DNA of 64,000 nucleotides from an uncultured Actinomycetes bacterium (GTDB lineage Bacteria; Actinomycetota; Thermoleophilia; RBG-16-64-13): NCBI GenBank assembly GCA_963841735.1, contig CAWJDT010000001.1, positions 1,120,001 to 1,184,000 of the forward strand, read 5' to 3'. Shown piece by piece: positions 21,452 to 30,622 of this stretch (position 1 is its first letter; each line of letters starts with the position of its first letter). The notes under the pieces were generated by a model. It saw only the letters and a program-made list of their open reading frames with translations, ran no database searches and was not told where the DNA came from. The position numbers and the translations under genes were made by a program.

Positions 21452-22156
21452 CTAGGTTTCAGCGACCATCTCTCCGTCGATGCCGACCATCACGGTCTTC
21501 ACCGGCACGTCTATGTCGGAGAGAGAAACCGCTTGTTCGACAACGCGCTGCAGCCCGCCGCAGCAGGGTACCGTCATCAGGGCCACCGTGATCGACGGCG
21601 GCCTGTTCACCCGGATCAACTCGGCCAGCTTCTCCACGTAGGGGGCGACGTTGTCAAGCTTGGGGCAGGCGATCACCATCTTGCGTCCCTTGAGCAGGTC
21701 ATTGTGAAAGCTTCCCCGGGTGAAGGCGGTGCAGTCGGCGGCGACCAACAGGTCGGCTCCCTTGAAGTACGGAGCCTGCGGGGTAATCAGGTGGAGTTGG
21801 ACGGGCCACTGGGTCAGTTCCGACGGGGCGCCGCCGGCGGCCCCCGGGCTGGTGGCCTCTCCGGCCGCCCCTGAGCCGGGGTGCACGTGAAGGGCAGCTT
21901 CGGCTCCCCGGGTGCGGATGACGTGTGCCCGGGCGGCTTCGGGGTCGTAGGCAGCGCTCTCCCGCTCCTCGATGGTGAGCGCGCCGGTCGGGCAGACGTC
22001 CAGGCATACGCCCATGCCGTCGCAGAACAGGTCACGCACCAGTGTGGCCTTGCCCTCGTCGTCCAGCGCTAGGGCGCCCTCAGCGCACGCCGTCGTGCAA
22101 AGACCGCAGCCGTCGCAGAGGTCTCTATCTATCTCAATGATCTTTCTGGTTCCCAC
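21452..22156 (-). CDS. 4Fe-4S ferredoxin-domain Fe-S protein (type often found near hcp)
   Basis: CDGCGLCTTAC, CDGMGVCLDVCP, SELTQWPVQLHL, AADC, ACPKLD, VPCCGGL. Confidence 0.85.
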   Translation of the reverse strand: MGTRKIIEIDRDLCDGCGLCTTACAEGALALDDEGKATLVRDLFCDGMGVCLDVCPTGALTIEERESAAYDPEAARAHVIRTRGAEAALHVHPGSGAAGEATSPGAAGGAPSELTQWPVQLHLITPQAPYFKGADLLVAADCTAFTRGSFHNDLLKGRKMVIACPKLDNVAPYVEKLAELIRVNRPPSITVALMTVPCCGGLQRVVEQAVSLSDIDVPVKTVMVGIDGEMVAET

Positions 22157-22240
22157 GATGGCTCCTGTTCGTGTCGCGCTTCTGGTGAGCTGTATCTCCA
22201 CAAAACGGCGGTGTTGAAACACTGTTGCTATGCTGTGGCC

Positions 22241-23215
22241 ATGTCGAGCGAGCGATTACTTTCGGCTGCGCCGGCCGAGCCGTTGGCCCGGGAGTTGGCC
22301 TTCGCGCTCTCCGCGGGCGGTTTCAGCTACCGGTTGGCTCCGGCGCGGATCATGGATGGGCTCTTCGAGACCATGACCGCTCTCCGCGACCGGGGGTCGC
22401 TTGCGCCCGAGCTCTACGACGAGTACAAGCCCTACTTCCGATTCATGCCACCCCCGGAGGTGGCCGGACCGCGCACCGTGATCGTGGTCGCGTGGCCGTC
22501 ACTGCCCGACAAGGTACGTTTTCACTTTGACGCCGGGCCTCTAGACGCTGTCATCCCGCCCACGTATGTCTCCTCCCAAGAGCGGGAGAAGTGCCTGCAG
22601 ATAATGCGCTCGGTGCTAGACCCGGCCGGTTTCTCGGTGGGCCGGGCAACGGGTCCGGTCAAGCTGCTTGCCGTGCGCACGGGCCTGGCGCAATACGGCC
22701 GCAACAACCTCGCCTACGTCACGGGCTTGGGCAGCTATGCGCGGTTGAACGCGTTTTGCACCGACGCTGATCTGGGGGCGGTGGATTATGAGCGTAAAGG
22801 GAGCGAGCTCATGAGCTGCTGCCCTCCGTGCCGCAACTGCCATCATGTCTGTCCTACCGGCTGCATCCCTCATGCCGGCACCGTTATCGACGCAACACGC
22901 TGCCTGAGTTACTTCAGTGAGCACGAAGGCGATTGGCCGGATTGGCTCGACCCCAGAGCTCACAAGTGTCTCGTGGGCTGCATGCGCTGTCAGGAGATGT
23001 GCCCGGCCAACCGGTACTACCTGCGGAGCGAGAAGGTGGTGGCCGAGTTCGATCGGGCGGAGACCTGGATGATCCTCCAGGATCTTCCTACGGAACAGCT
23101 GCCCGTTGCTCTTCGGGAGAAGCTCGCGGCGCTGGACCTAGACGACTACTCGCCGGTCCTGGGCCGGAATCTCCGGGCGTTGCGGGACGCCTTGAGCGAG
23201 CCGGCTAAGGTCTGA
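22241..23215 (+). CDS. 4Fe-4S double-cluster protein, epoxyqueuosine reductase (QueG)-like
   Basis: KLLAVRTGLAQYGRNNL, CPPCRNCHHVCP, RCLSY, GCMRCQEMCP; leaderless-type TGcTATGCT 6 nt before the ATG. Confidence 0.8.
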   Translation: MSSERLLSAAPAEPLARELAFALSAGGFSYRLAPARIMDGLFETMTALRDRGSLAPELYDEYKPYFRFMPPPEVAGPRTVIVVAWPSLPDKVRFHFDAGPLDAVIPPTYVSSQEREKCLQIMRSVLDPAGFSVGRATGPVKLLAVRTGLAQYGRNNLAYVTGLGSYARLNAFCTDADLGAVDYERKGSELMSCCPPCRNCHHVCPTGCIPHAGTVIDATRCLSYFSEHEGDWPDWLDPRAHKCLVGCMRCQEMCPANRYYLRSEKVVAEFDRAETWMILQDLPTEQLPVALREKLAALDLDDYSPVLGRNLRALRDALSEPAKV

Positions 23216-23295
23216 CTCGCCCTCTCGGATCTCGCTCGCCCGGGTCGCTATATCTCCTGCGCTATGTGTCTTGATTCCTGGTGCATACTGGAGTA

Positions 23296-23315
23296 TATAA
23301 GCAATCATGCAAATA
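23296..23315 (+). promoter_or_regulatory. Putative ArsR/SmtB operator
   Basis: AT-rich imperfect inverted repeat TATAAGCA-ATCA-TGCAAATA downstream of a TTGATT -35-like box and overlapping the first ArsR start codon. Confidence 0.4.
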
Positions 23316-23729
23316 CAGGACAAGGACACTTCAGTGGACGGTGGCTCGGTCACCGCGGACATGCGGCCCCTGTTCGTCATGCACGCCGAGATGTGTCAGG
23401 CCTTGGCCAACCAGCATCGGCTGGCCATCATGTACACGCTCAAGGATGGGGAGAAGTGCGTGGGCGATATCGCCGCCGAGCTTGGTATCTCGGTGCACAA
23501 TGTCTCCCAGCACCTGCGCATCTTGCGGCAAAGGCTGCTGGTCCGCTCACGCAAAGAAGGTCAGACCGTCTACTACTCCGTCACTAATCCCAAGTTCGTA
23601 CAGGCCTGCGGGCTCATACGCGAAGCCCTGGTCGAGGAGCATCGGGCGGAGGGGGAATCTCTTCGGGTTGCGGGGCTCTTGGATTTGCCGGGCGTTACAT
23701 TCGGCCCGGATGCGGGCACAAACAGCTAA
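23307..23729 (+). CDS. ArsR/SmtB family transcriptional regulator (true start may be 23361)
   Basis: HAEMCQALANQHRLAI, GEKCVGDIA, VSQHLRILR, RKEGQTVYYS; three Cys. Confidence 0.93.
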   Translation: MQIQDKDTSVDGGSVTADMRPLFVMHAEMCQALANQHRLAIMYTLKDGEKCVGDIAAELGISVHNVSQHLRILRQRLLVRSRKEGQTVYYSVTNPKFVQACGLIREALVEEHRAEGESLRVAGLLDLPGVTFGPDAGTNS

Positions 23730-23794
23730 GGCGGCGTCGTAGGCGACGACTGCTCTCGGGAACGACAATGCCGACTACAGATGGAGGCGGTTCC

Positions 23795-24040
23795 ATGGAT
23801 CTCAGTTCACTGCAGGGTCAGAAGGTCGTCGATGCTAGGGGCACGTCATGCCCAGGGCCCATCCTGGCCGCCAAGAAGGGCATGGCCGACGTCAAGGTGG
23901 GTGAGATCATGGAGGTTCTTGCCACCGACTCCGGCACTCAGAAGGACCTGCCCGCCTGGTCGAAGAAGATGGGGCACGAATACCTCGGCTTTGTCGAAGA
24001 GCCCGGCTATCTGAAGCTGTTCGTCAAGAAGCTCAAGTAG
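23795..24040 (+). CDS. TusA-family sulfur carrier
   Basis: VDARGTSCPGP, EVLATD, DLPAW; GGAGG RBS. Confidence 0.93.
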   Translation: MDLSSLQGQKVVDARGTSCPGPILAAKKGMADVKVGEIMEVLATDSGTQKDLPAWSKKMGHEYLGFVEEPGYLKLFVKKLK

Positions 24041-24057
24041 TCGCCGAGGAGCCTGAG

Positions 24058-24492
24058 GTGAGCGAGGGCGGAGGCTTCGCGCCAAAGATACTGGTCTTCT
24101 CGACCCACAACATCTCCGATCCGGGGATCGACCTGGCCGGCAGTTCGCACATGCACTACTCGCCGACCGTGGAGGTCATCAGCCTGCCCTGCTCCAGCGG
24201 CATCAAGCCGAGTTGGATCGCTTACGCCATCGAGCGGGGGTTCGACGGGGTGTTCATCGCGGCCGACGGCGAGGAGTGCGCCTTCTTGCCTGATTGCAGC
24301 CACCGCACCGCCAAGATCATGGCCGACTCCCAGGAGCTGCTAAAGGAGAAAGGCGGCGACCCTAGGCGGGTGAAGATGGCGGCCGTGTGCTCGGTGTGTG
24401 CCGATCCGTTCGTCAACTACATGCGCGAGTTCTCGGCCATGCTTGCTGAGTTGGGGCCGTCCGTCGGACCGGCAGGGACGGAGGCGGCATGA
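24058..24492 (+). CDS. MvhD-like (methyl-viologen-reducing hydrogenase delta) Fe-S subunit, variant
   Basis: PKILVF...DLAG, LPCSSG, GFDGVFI, ECAF, DPRRVKM, CSVC. Confidence 0.85.
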   Translation: MSEGGGFAPKILVFSTHNISDPGIDLAGSSHMHYSPTVEVISLPCSSGIKPSWIAYAIERGFDGVFIAADGEECAFLPDCSHRTAKIMADSQELLKEKGGDPRRVKMAAVCSVCADPFVNYMREFSAMLAELGPSVGPAGTEAA

Positions 24493-27182
24493 GCGCCAAG
24501 TACGACGCTCTCGTGATCGGCAGCGGCATCGGGGGCATGGAATCCGCCCTGAAGTTGGGCGACATGGGCTACAAGGTGTTGATCGTCGAACGTGAAGGCA
24601 GCGTCGGCGGCAAGATGATCCTGCTCAGCAAGGTGTTCCCCACCTTGGACTGCGCCAGCTGCATCTCCACCCCCAAGATGGGGGCCACCATCCATCATCC
24701 AAACGTGACGGCGCTCACTTACTCCGAGGTAGACGGCATCCAGAGTGATGGCAACGGAGGCTTCAAGGCCCAGATTCGCCAGAAGCCGCGCTTTGTCGAT
24801 GAGGTCGCCTGCACGGGCTGTCGCCAATGCGAGATGGTCTGCAACGTGGCGGTGCCCGACGAGTTCAACGCCGGCATGGTGTCCCGGCGGGCCGCCTACA
24901 TCGCGTTCCCTCAGGCCGTGCCGAAGAAGGCAGTGGTCGAAAGGGCGGGGACTTCACCCTGCACGTCCGCGTGCCCGGCTGGGATCAAGCCCCACGGCTA
25001 CATAGCACTCATCCGTAGCGGTCAATATGAGAAGGCCTTCGAGCTGGTGTGTGAAGCCACGCCCCTGGTTGGCAGTCTGGGCCGGGCCTGTTACGCGCCT
25101 TGCGAAGAGGAATGCTCCCGGGGCGGTCTGGAGGGGTCGCTCTCCATCCGCAGGCTCAAGCGCTTCATTGCCGACAGGCACTATGCGCAAGACAGGGTGT
25201 CAGTGGAGGCCCCTCCGTTCAACGGCAAGAAGGTGGCCATCGTAGGGTCTGGGCCGGCCGGGCTGACCGCGGCCTGGCATCTGGCCCGCAAGGGATACGA
25301 GGTCAAGATCTTCGAAGCGGCTTCGCAGCCCGGCGGCATGTTGCGTCTGGCTCTGCCGCCATACCGGCTGCCCAACGAAGTGGTCGATCAGGATGTGGCC
25401 AATGTCACAGGCATCGGGGTGACCATCGAGACGGACTCTCGGGTGGAGGAGCTCGAGGCACTGAAGGCCGCCGGTTACGATGCCATCCTGCTGGCGCTGG
25501 GTACACACCAGGCCACCAAGCTCCGGGTCCCCGGGGAGGAGCTGGCCGGCGTAATGCGTGCCGCCGACTTCTTGAAGGCCGCCAAGCTGGGTGAGGAACT
25601 CGACGTCAAGGGCAAACGGGTGGTGGTGATCGGGGGCGGCAACGTCGCTGTCGACGTAGCCCGCACCGCTCTGCGTGAGGGCGCTTTGTCGGCTCAAGCC
25701 CTTAGCCTGGAATCGTATAAGGACATGCCTGCCCATCCGCAGGAGGTTGCGGACGCCAAGGCCGAGGGGGTCACGTTCAAGAACTCCTGTGGAGTGCGTG
25801 AGTTTGCCGGGCAGGACAGGGTGCGAAGCGTGGAGCTGATGCGCTGCGTCGCCGTGTTTGACAGCAAGGGCCGTTTCAGCCCGCAGTACGCCGGAGAGGG
25901 CGGCGGCGGCATTGAGTGCGACATAGCGGTGGTGGCAGCGGGCATGCGCCCGGACTCGGGCGAGTTCGGGCTCCCTATCAACAGGAACGGCACCATCGAA
26001 GTCCACGGCGGCACTCTGCAGACCAGCCTGCCCCACGTATTCGCCGCGGGCGACGTGGTGCTGGGGCCCTCAATGATAACGTCCGCCGCCGGGCAGGGCC
26101 GGCGGGCGGCTCATATGATCGACCGCTGGCTCCAGGGCGAGCCTTTCGACGTGGCCGAGTTCGATGCCGTACTGCCGCCCGTGAACAAGGACGACGTCTT
26201 CGCCAGGCAGGCGACTGTCAGCGAGATCCCGCCGGCGCAGCAACGGGGGGGTGGGAAGTTGGCCCCGGGCGAGTTCTTCCCCGACGAGGAGACCATGACC
26301 GAGGAGGAGGCTCTACAGAGTGTGAGCCGCTGCCTGGACTGCGGTGTGTGTTCCGAGTGCCAGGCGTGCGTCAAGGTCTGCCCGGCTGAGTGCATCCATC
26401 TGAACATGCGGGGCAGTGAGATGGAGGTCGAAGTTGGAACGGTCGTCCTGGCCACCGGCTACACTCTGTTTCCCGCCGATTTGAAGCCGCAGTATGGCTA
26501 CGGCAAGTACAAGAACGTCATCACCGGCATGCAGATGGACAGGCTCCTGGCGCCCACTCGTCCCTACAACGGCGTGCTGCGGCCGGGGGACGGCAAGGTG
26601 CCCGACAACATCGCCTACATCCTATGCACCGGTTCGCGCGACGAGACTCTGGATAACCCGCTTTGCTCGCGGATCTGTTGCATGTACTCCATCAAGCAGA
26701 ACCAGCTGATCATGGGCGCCCTGCCGCTGGCCGACGTCACCGTCTACTACATGGACGTGCGCGCGGTGGGCAAGGGCTACGACGAGTTCTACGAGCAGGC
26801 TAAGGACATGGGAGCCAACTTCGTGAAGGGTCGAGTGGCTGAGGTCACGGAGAAGGAGAACGGCAACCTGGTTCTCAAGTACGAGGACATCGAGAACGGT
26901 ACGCTGGTCGAGACCGAGCACGATCTGGTGGTGTTGGCTGTCGGCGTTCGCCCGAACAACGACGTGCGGCGGCTCTTCGCCGACGGCGACCTGGGCCTGG
27001 ACGACTACGCCTATGTGGACGAGCCCGAGGAGGACTTGAACCCCGGGGCCACTAACATGCCTGGCGTCTACGTGGCCGGCTCGGCGTCGGGCATCAAGGA
27101 CATCCCCGATTCCATCCTTCACGCGGGGGCCGCGGTGGCACAGGCCGCCGCCCATCTCGAGAAGGCGAAGGCGAAGCTGTGA
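24489..27182 (+). CDS. HdrA/HdrL-like flavoprotein with an inserted GltD-like NAD(P)H/FAD module
   Basis: GSGIGG, KVFPTLDCASC, CTGCRQCEMVC, GRACYAPCEEEC, GSGPAG, GGGNVAVD, RCLDCGVCSECQACVKVCP, CTGSRD, CSRICC. Confidence 0.9.
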   Translation: MSAKYDALVIGSGIGGMESALKLGDMGYKVLIVEREGSVGGKMILLSKVFPTLDCASCISTPKMGATIHHPNVTALTYSEVDGIQSDGNGGFKAQIRQKPRFVDEVACTGCRQCEMVCNVAVPDEFNAGMVSRRAAYIAFPQAVPKKAVVERAGTSPCTSACPAGIKPHGYIALIRSGQYEKAFELVCEATPLVGSLGRACYAPCEEECSRGGLEGSLSIRRLKRFIADRHYAQDRVSVEAPPFNGKKVAIVGSGPAGLTAAWHLARKGYEVKIFEAASQPGGMLRLALPPYRLPNEVVDQDVANVTGIGVTIETDSRVEELEALKAAGYDAILLALGTHQATKLRVPGEELAGVMRAADFLKAAKLGEELDVKGKRVVVIGGGNVAVDVARTALREGALSAQALSLESYKDMPAHPQEVADAKAEGVTFKNSCGVREFAGQDRVRSVELMRCVAVFDSKGRFSPQYAGEGGGGIECDIAVVAAGMRPDSGEFGLPINRNGTIEVHGGTLQTSLPHVFAAGDVVLGPSMITSAAGQGRRAAHMIDRWLQGEPFDVAEFDAVLPPVNKDDVFARQATVSEIPPAQQRGGGKLAPGEFFPDEETMTEEEALQSVSRCLDCGVCSECQACVKVCPAECIHLNMRGSEMEVEVGTVVLATGYTLFPADLKPQYGYGKYKNVITGMQMDRLLAPTRPYNGVLRPGDGKVPDNIAYILCTGSRDETLDNPLCSRICCMYSIKQNQLIMGALPLADVTVYYMDVRAVGKGYDEFYEQAKDMGANFVKGRVAEVTEKENGNLVLKYEDIENGTLVETEHDLVVLAVGVRPNNDVRRLFADGDLGLDDYAYVDEPEEDLNPGATNMPGVYVAGSASGIKDIPDSILHAGAAVAQAAAHLEKAKAKL

Positions 27183-29092
27183 GCGCGCAGGGCGACAACG
27201 TCGTCATGCCGGGCGTCGGCGCGCCGGGCGCGGCCGCGTCAGGTGCCGCCGCGCAGGCCGGCGCCACGGCCGCCAAGCGGCGCATCGGGGTGTACGTCTG
27301 CCACTGCGGCGGCAACATCTCCGACTATGTGGACGTGGAGAAGGTGGTGGCTTCGGTCCAGTCCGATCCCGACGTAGTGGTGGCCAGGACCGCCATGTTC
27401 ACCTGCTCCGACGCCAGCCAGCAGGACATCATCAACGACATCAAAGAGCAGAAGCTCGACGGCATCGTGGTGGCCTCGTGCTCGCCCAAGTTGCATACGT
27501 TCACCTTCAGGGACGTCGCGAAACGGGCCGGTCTGAGTCCCTACCAGTACACCCAGGTGAACATCAGGGAGCAGTGCTCCTGGACTCACACCGACGACCA
27601 CGAAGGGGCTACGCGCAAGGCCTACCAGCTGGTGAAGGCCGGCGTCGGCCGTACCCGCCTCACCGTGCCCTTGGAGCCGATAGTTGTGGAGACCGTGCCC
27701 AAGGCCGTCGTGATCGGCGGGGGTATCGCCGGGCTGCGAGCGGCACTGGGCCTGGCAGAGATCGGGTTGGCGGTGTTCCTGGTGGAGAGGGAAGACCACC
27801 TGGGCGGCTGGATCGGCGGCTTCGGTGAGATGTACCCGCACGGCAAGAACGGCCGGGAGTTGATAGCCAAACTGATAGAGAAGACACGTAAGCACCCAGG
27901 CGTCACCACGTTCACCAACGCCGAGGTGACCGGCAAGGCCGGCAGCTTCGGCAACTACGAAGTATCGATCCGGGTGAACGGCGGCGCTGAGCAGGAGTTG
28001 GCGGCCAAGGCCCCAGCGGAGTCGCAGGCCAAGGCGCCCGAGACCATCACGGTGCAGGCCGGTTCCATCATCGTGGCCACTGGGTTTGACACATACGCGG
28101 TCTCCGAGGATGAATTCGGCTACGGATTCGAAGGGGTGCTGACGCTCCCCGACTTCAAGCGCCTGGTCGACGACAGTGAAGGCCCGCTTCGCTACAACGA
28201 CAAGGCGGTCGAGGTGGTGGCCTACATCTACTGCGTCGGCAGCCGGCAGCGGGGCGACGTGGAGGATCCCAACGAATACTGCTCCCGCTACTGCTGCACG
28301 GCAGCCGTTCACGCTTCGATCCAGGCGGCGGCCAAGCCGGGCCGGGTGCACCAATATCATCTTCACAGGGACGTGCGCACCTACGGCAACTACGAGCTGC
28401 TGTACAACGAATGCCAGAACCAAGGCGCCGTCTTTCTCAAGGTGCCCGACGACGAGCCGCCCACGGTGCGCAAAGACCCCGAGAGCGGCAGGCTTCTTGT
28501 GACCACCCGCGATCTCCTGAGCGAAGGCGAAGAAGTGGAGATTCCGGCCGACCTGGTGGTGCTGGTCACCGGTATGGTGCCGCGGTTCAACCACGACCTG
28601 ATCAAGAGCTTGAAGCTGCCGGTGGGCCGGAGCGGGTTCTTCAACGAGATCCACCCCAAGCTGCGCCCGGTGGAGACCGTGGTAGACGGGGTCTACATCT
28701 GTGGCGCCTGCCAAGCGCCGAGGAACTCGGCCGAGGCGGTGGCCTCGGGCCTGGCGGCGGTGACGCAGGCCGCGTCCATCCTTAAGCGCGGATTCGCGGA
28801 GCTCGACCCGCTGGTCGCCTTCGTCGACACCTGTGCGTGTACATGGTGCGGGCTGTGCTTGGAGGCCTGCCCGTACGACGCACCGCGGCAGACGGAGGAG
28901 AACGGCAAGGCCGTGGCCTTCATCGACAAGACCGCGTGCAAGGGCTGCGGTGGCTGCGTGCCCGTTTGCCCGAAGGATGCCATCGATTTGGAGGGCTACA
29001 CCGACGCGCAGATGCGGGCCATGATCGACGGCCTGCTCGACATACCGGCTGAGGCGCCCGCGGGGGCGCCCGAGGAGGTGGCGGCGAGATGA
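27179..29092 (+). CDS. HdrA-like (QmoB-like) flavoprotein
   Basis: GVYVCHCGGNI, FTCS, ASCSP, NIREQCSW, GGGIAG, CVGSR, YCSRYCC, HPKLRPVET, two C-terminal ferredoxin motifs. Confidence 0.92.
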   Translation: MSAQGDNVVMPGVGAPGAAASGAAAQAGATAAKRRIGVYVCHCGGNISDYVDVEKVVASVQSDPDVVVARTAMFTCSDASQQDIINDIKEQKLDGIVVASCSPKLHTFTFRDVAKRAGLSPYQYTQVNIREQCSWTHTDDHEGATRKAYQLVKAGVGRTRLTVPLEPIVVETVPKAVVIGGGIAGLRAALGLAEIGLAVFLVEREDHLGGWIGGFGEMYPHGKNGRELIAKLIEKTRKHPGVTTFTNAEVTGKAGSFGNYEVSIRVNGGAEQELAAKAPAESQAKAPETITVQAGSIIVATGFDTYAVSEDEFGYGFEGVLTLPDFKRLVDDSEGPLRYNDKAVEVVAYIYCVGSRQRGDVEDPNEYCSRYCCTAAVHASIQAAAKPGRVHQYHLHRDVRTYGNYELLYNECQNQGAVFLKVPDDEPPTVRKDPESGRLLVTTRDLLSEGEEVEIPADLVVLVTGMVPRFNHDLIKSLKLPVGRSGFFNEIHPKLRPVETVVDGVYICGACQAPRNSAEAVASGLAAVTQAASILKRGFAELDPLVAFVDTCACTWCGLCLEACPYDAPRQTEENGKAVAFIDKTACKGCGGCVPVCPKDAIDLEGYTDAQMRAMIDGLLDIPAEAPAGAPEEVAAR

Positions 29093-29382
29093 GCACCGCC
29101 AACGTCGCCAACGCCGCCAACGTCCCAGGGCCGGCCGATGCGGGCAACCGTGACGTCCGCGAGGTCATCCGCGACGAGCACCTCATGCGTGGTCGCATTC
29201 TCAAGCTTCTTCAGGATGGGCCCCTGACCATACCCGAGATCGCCGAAGGTCTGGGCAGGCCCACCTTCGAGGCTACCTTCTGGGTGATGGGAATGCGCAA
29301 GTACGGCTACGTGGCTGAAGTCAAAGAGGTTACCGACGAAGGCTACTTCCAATATCAGGCGATCGAGAGGGACGAACCATGA
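29089..29382 (+). CDS. Small winged-helix-like protein within the Hdr-like operon
   Basis: ILKLLQDGPLTIPEIAEGLG...GMRKYGYV; ATGA overlaps with both neighbours. Confidence 0.75.
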   Translation: MSTANVANAANVPGPADAGNRDVREVIRDEHLMRGRILKLLQDGPLTIPEIAEGLGRPTFEATFWVMGMRKYGYVAEVKEVTDEGYFQYQAIERDEP

Positions 29383-30509
29383 CCACCAGGGTGAATCCCC
29401 GCCTTATCGACGACTTGGCACTTTACGGGGCCGAGGACGTGCAGAAGTGCTACAACTGCGGCAACTGCACCGCTACGTGCTCGCTCACCGACCAGTCGTA
29501 CAACTTCCCCCGCAAGTGCATGCATGCCCTCCAGATGGGCATGGAGAAGAAGCTCGAGGGCAGTCTTGAACCCTGGCTCTGCTACTACTGCGGCGAGTGT
29601 TCGGCGGAGTGCCCGCGCGAGGCGCAACCGGGCGAGACCATGATGAGCCTGCGCCGCTGGCTCACCTCGCGCTACGATTTCACCGGCATCGGCCGCATGT
29701 TCTACCGGCGGCCTGTGACCGAGATCGTCGCGGTGGTGGTGGTCGCGCTCCTCACCGGCCTGGGGTTTACCCTGTTCGGCGTGTATGGCGGCGACATCAA
29801 CCACTACACCGGGGTCGATGCCTTTCTTCCTGGGGACACGATCCACATTTTTGACTGGATCCTAGCGGCCGTCTTGCTGGCCTTCCTGCTGCCCAACTGT
29901 GCCCGTATGTGGTGGTTCACTTTGGGCCGGGAGACCCTGGGCAAGTCGCGCACCGGGCGGCTGTCGCCCCTGGCCTATCTCAAGGGGTTCTACCTCTTCC
30001 CGTTGCACTTCGTGACGCAGAAGCGCATGGCGCAGTGCAAGCAGAAACGTCCTTGGGTGGTGCACCTGATCCTCATGCTCAGCTACGTGACCATGCTGAT
30101 ACTCATCATGTTCTTCCTGAAGCGCATGTGGGCCGGACCCAGCATCGACTGGCGAGTGCACGTGTTCGGATATGCGGCCAGCGCCGGGCTGCTGGGCGCT
30201 ACCGTCTGGGCGCTTCGGGGACGCATCAAGAAGGCGGAGGAGCACTACAAGCATTCGCACGAGAGCGACTGGATGTTCCTGGTGCTTCTGATCGTCGTGG
30301 CGGCGACTGGGGTCCTGCAGCATGTGCTCCATCGTGCAGGCGTCGATGTCGCGGCCAACGTCGCGTACGTTGTGCACCTCATGGCGGTGGTGCCCATGCT
30401 TGGCTTGGAAGTCCCCTTCAGCAAGTGGTCACACATGGCCTATCGACCGCTTGCCATGTACTTCTCGGCACTCCACGGGCAGGTGGAGCCGCTGACCCGT
30501 TGTCGATGA
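29379..30509 (+). CDS. QmoC-like membrane subunit (HdrC-type 2x4Fe-4S plus cytochrome b-type TM domain)
   Basis: CYNCGNCTATC, PWLCYYCGECSAECP, TM helices with His (VVHL, VHVFG, YVVHL), PFSKWSHMAYRP. Confidence 0.88.
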   Translation: MTTRVNPRLIDDLALYGAEDVQKCYNCGNCTATCSLTDQSYNFPRKCMHALQMGMEKKLEGSLEPWLCYYCGECSAECPREAQPGETMMSLRRWLTSRYDFTGIGRMFYRRPVTEIVAVVVVALLTGLGFTLFGVYGGDINHYTGVDAFLPGDTIHIFDWILAAVLLAFLLPNCARMWWFTLGRETLGKSRTGRLSPLAYLKGFYLFPLHFVTQKRMAQCKQKRPWVVHLILMLSYVTMLILIMFFLKRMWAGPSIDWRVHVFGYAASAGLLGATVWALRGRIKKAEEHYKHSHESDWMFLVLLIVVAATGVLQHVLHRAGVDVAANVAYVVHLMAVVPMLGLEVPFSKWSHMAYRPLAMYFSALHGQVEPLTRCR

Positions 30510-30622
30510 AGTGCCGAGCGACGCCCAGACCGAGTCTGCCGCGTGACAGCCGGACCTACTTCGACGCATCTAACGACAGCCGACAGCGCCCCAGGTAATT
30601 AGAGAAGCGAAAGGAAGAGCAA

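Noticed and set aside
24489-30509. Evidence for methanogenesis or sulfate reduction
   Set aside because: HdrA/Qmo-like genes alone are not diagnostic; no mcr, hdrB, aprAB or dsrAB in the window
30507-30602. TGA ending the QmoC-like gene as selenocysteine
   Set aside because: It follows the conserved KWSHMAYRP terminus, the readthrough has no recognisable motif, and no SECIS-like hairpin is evident
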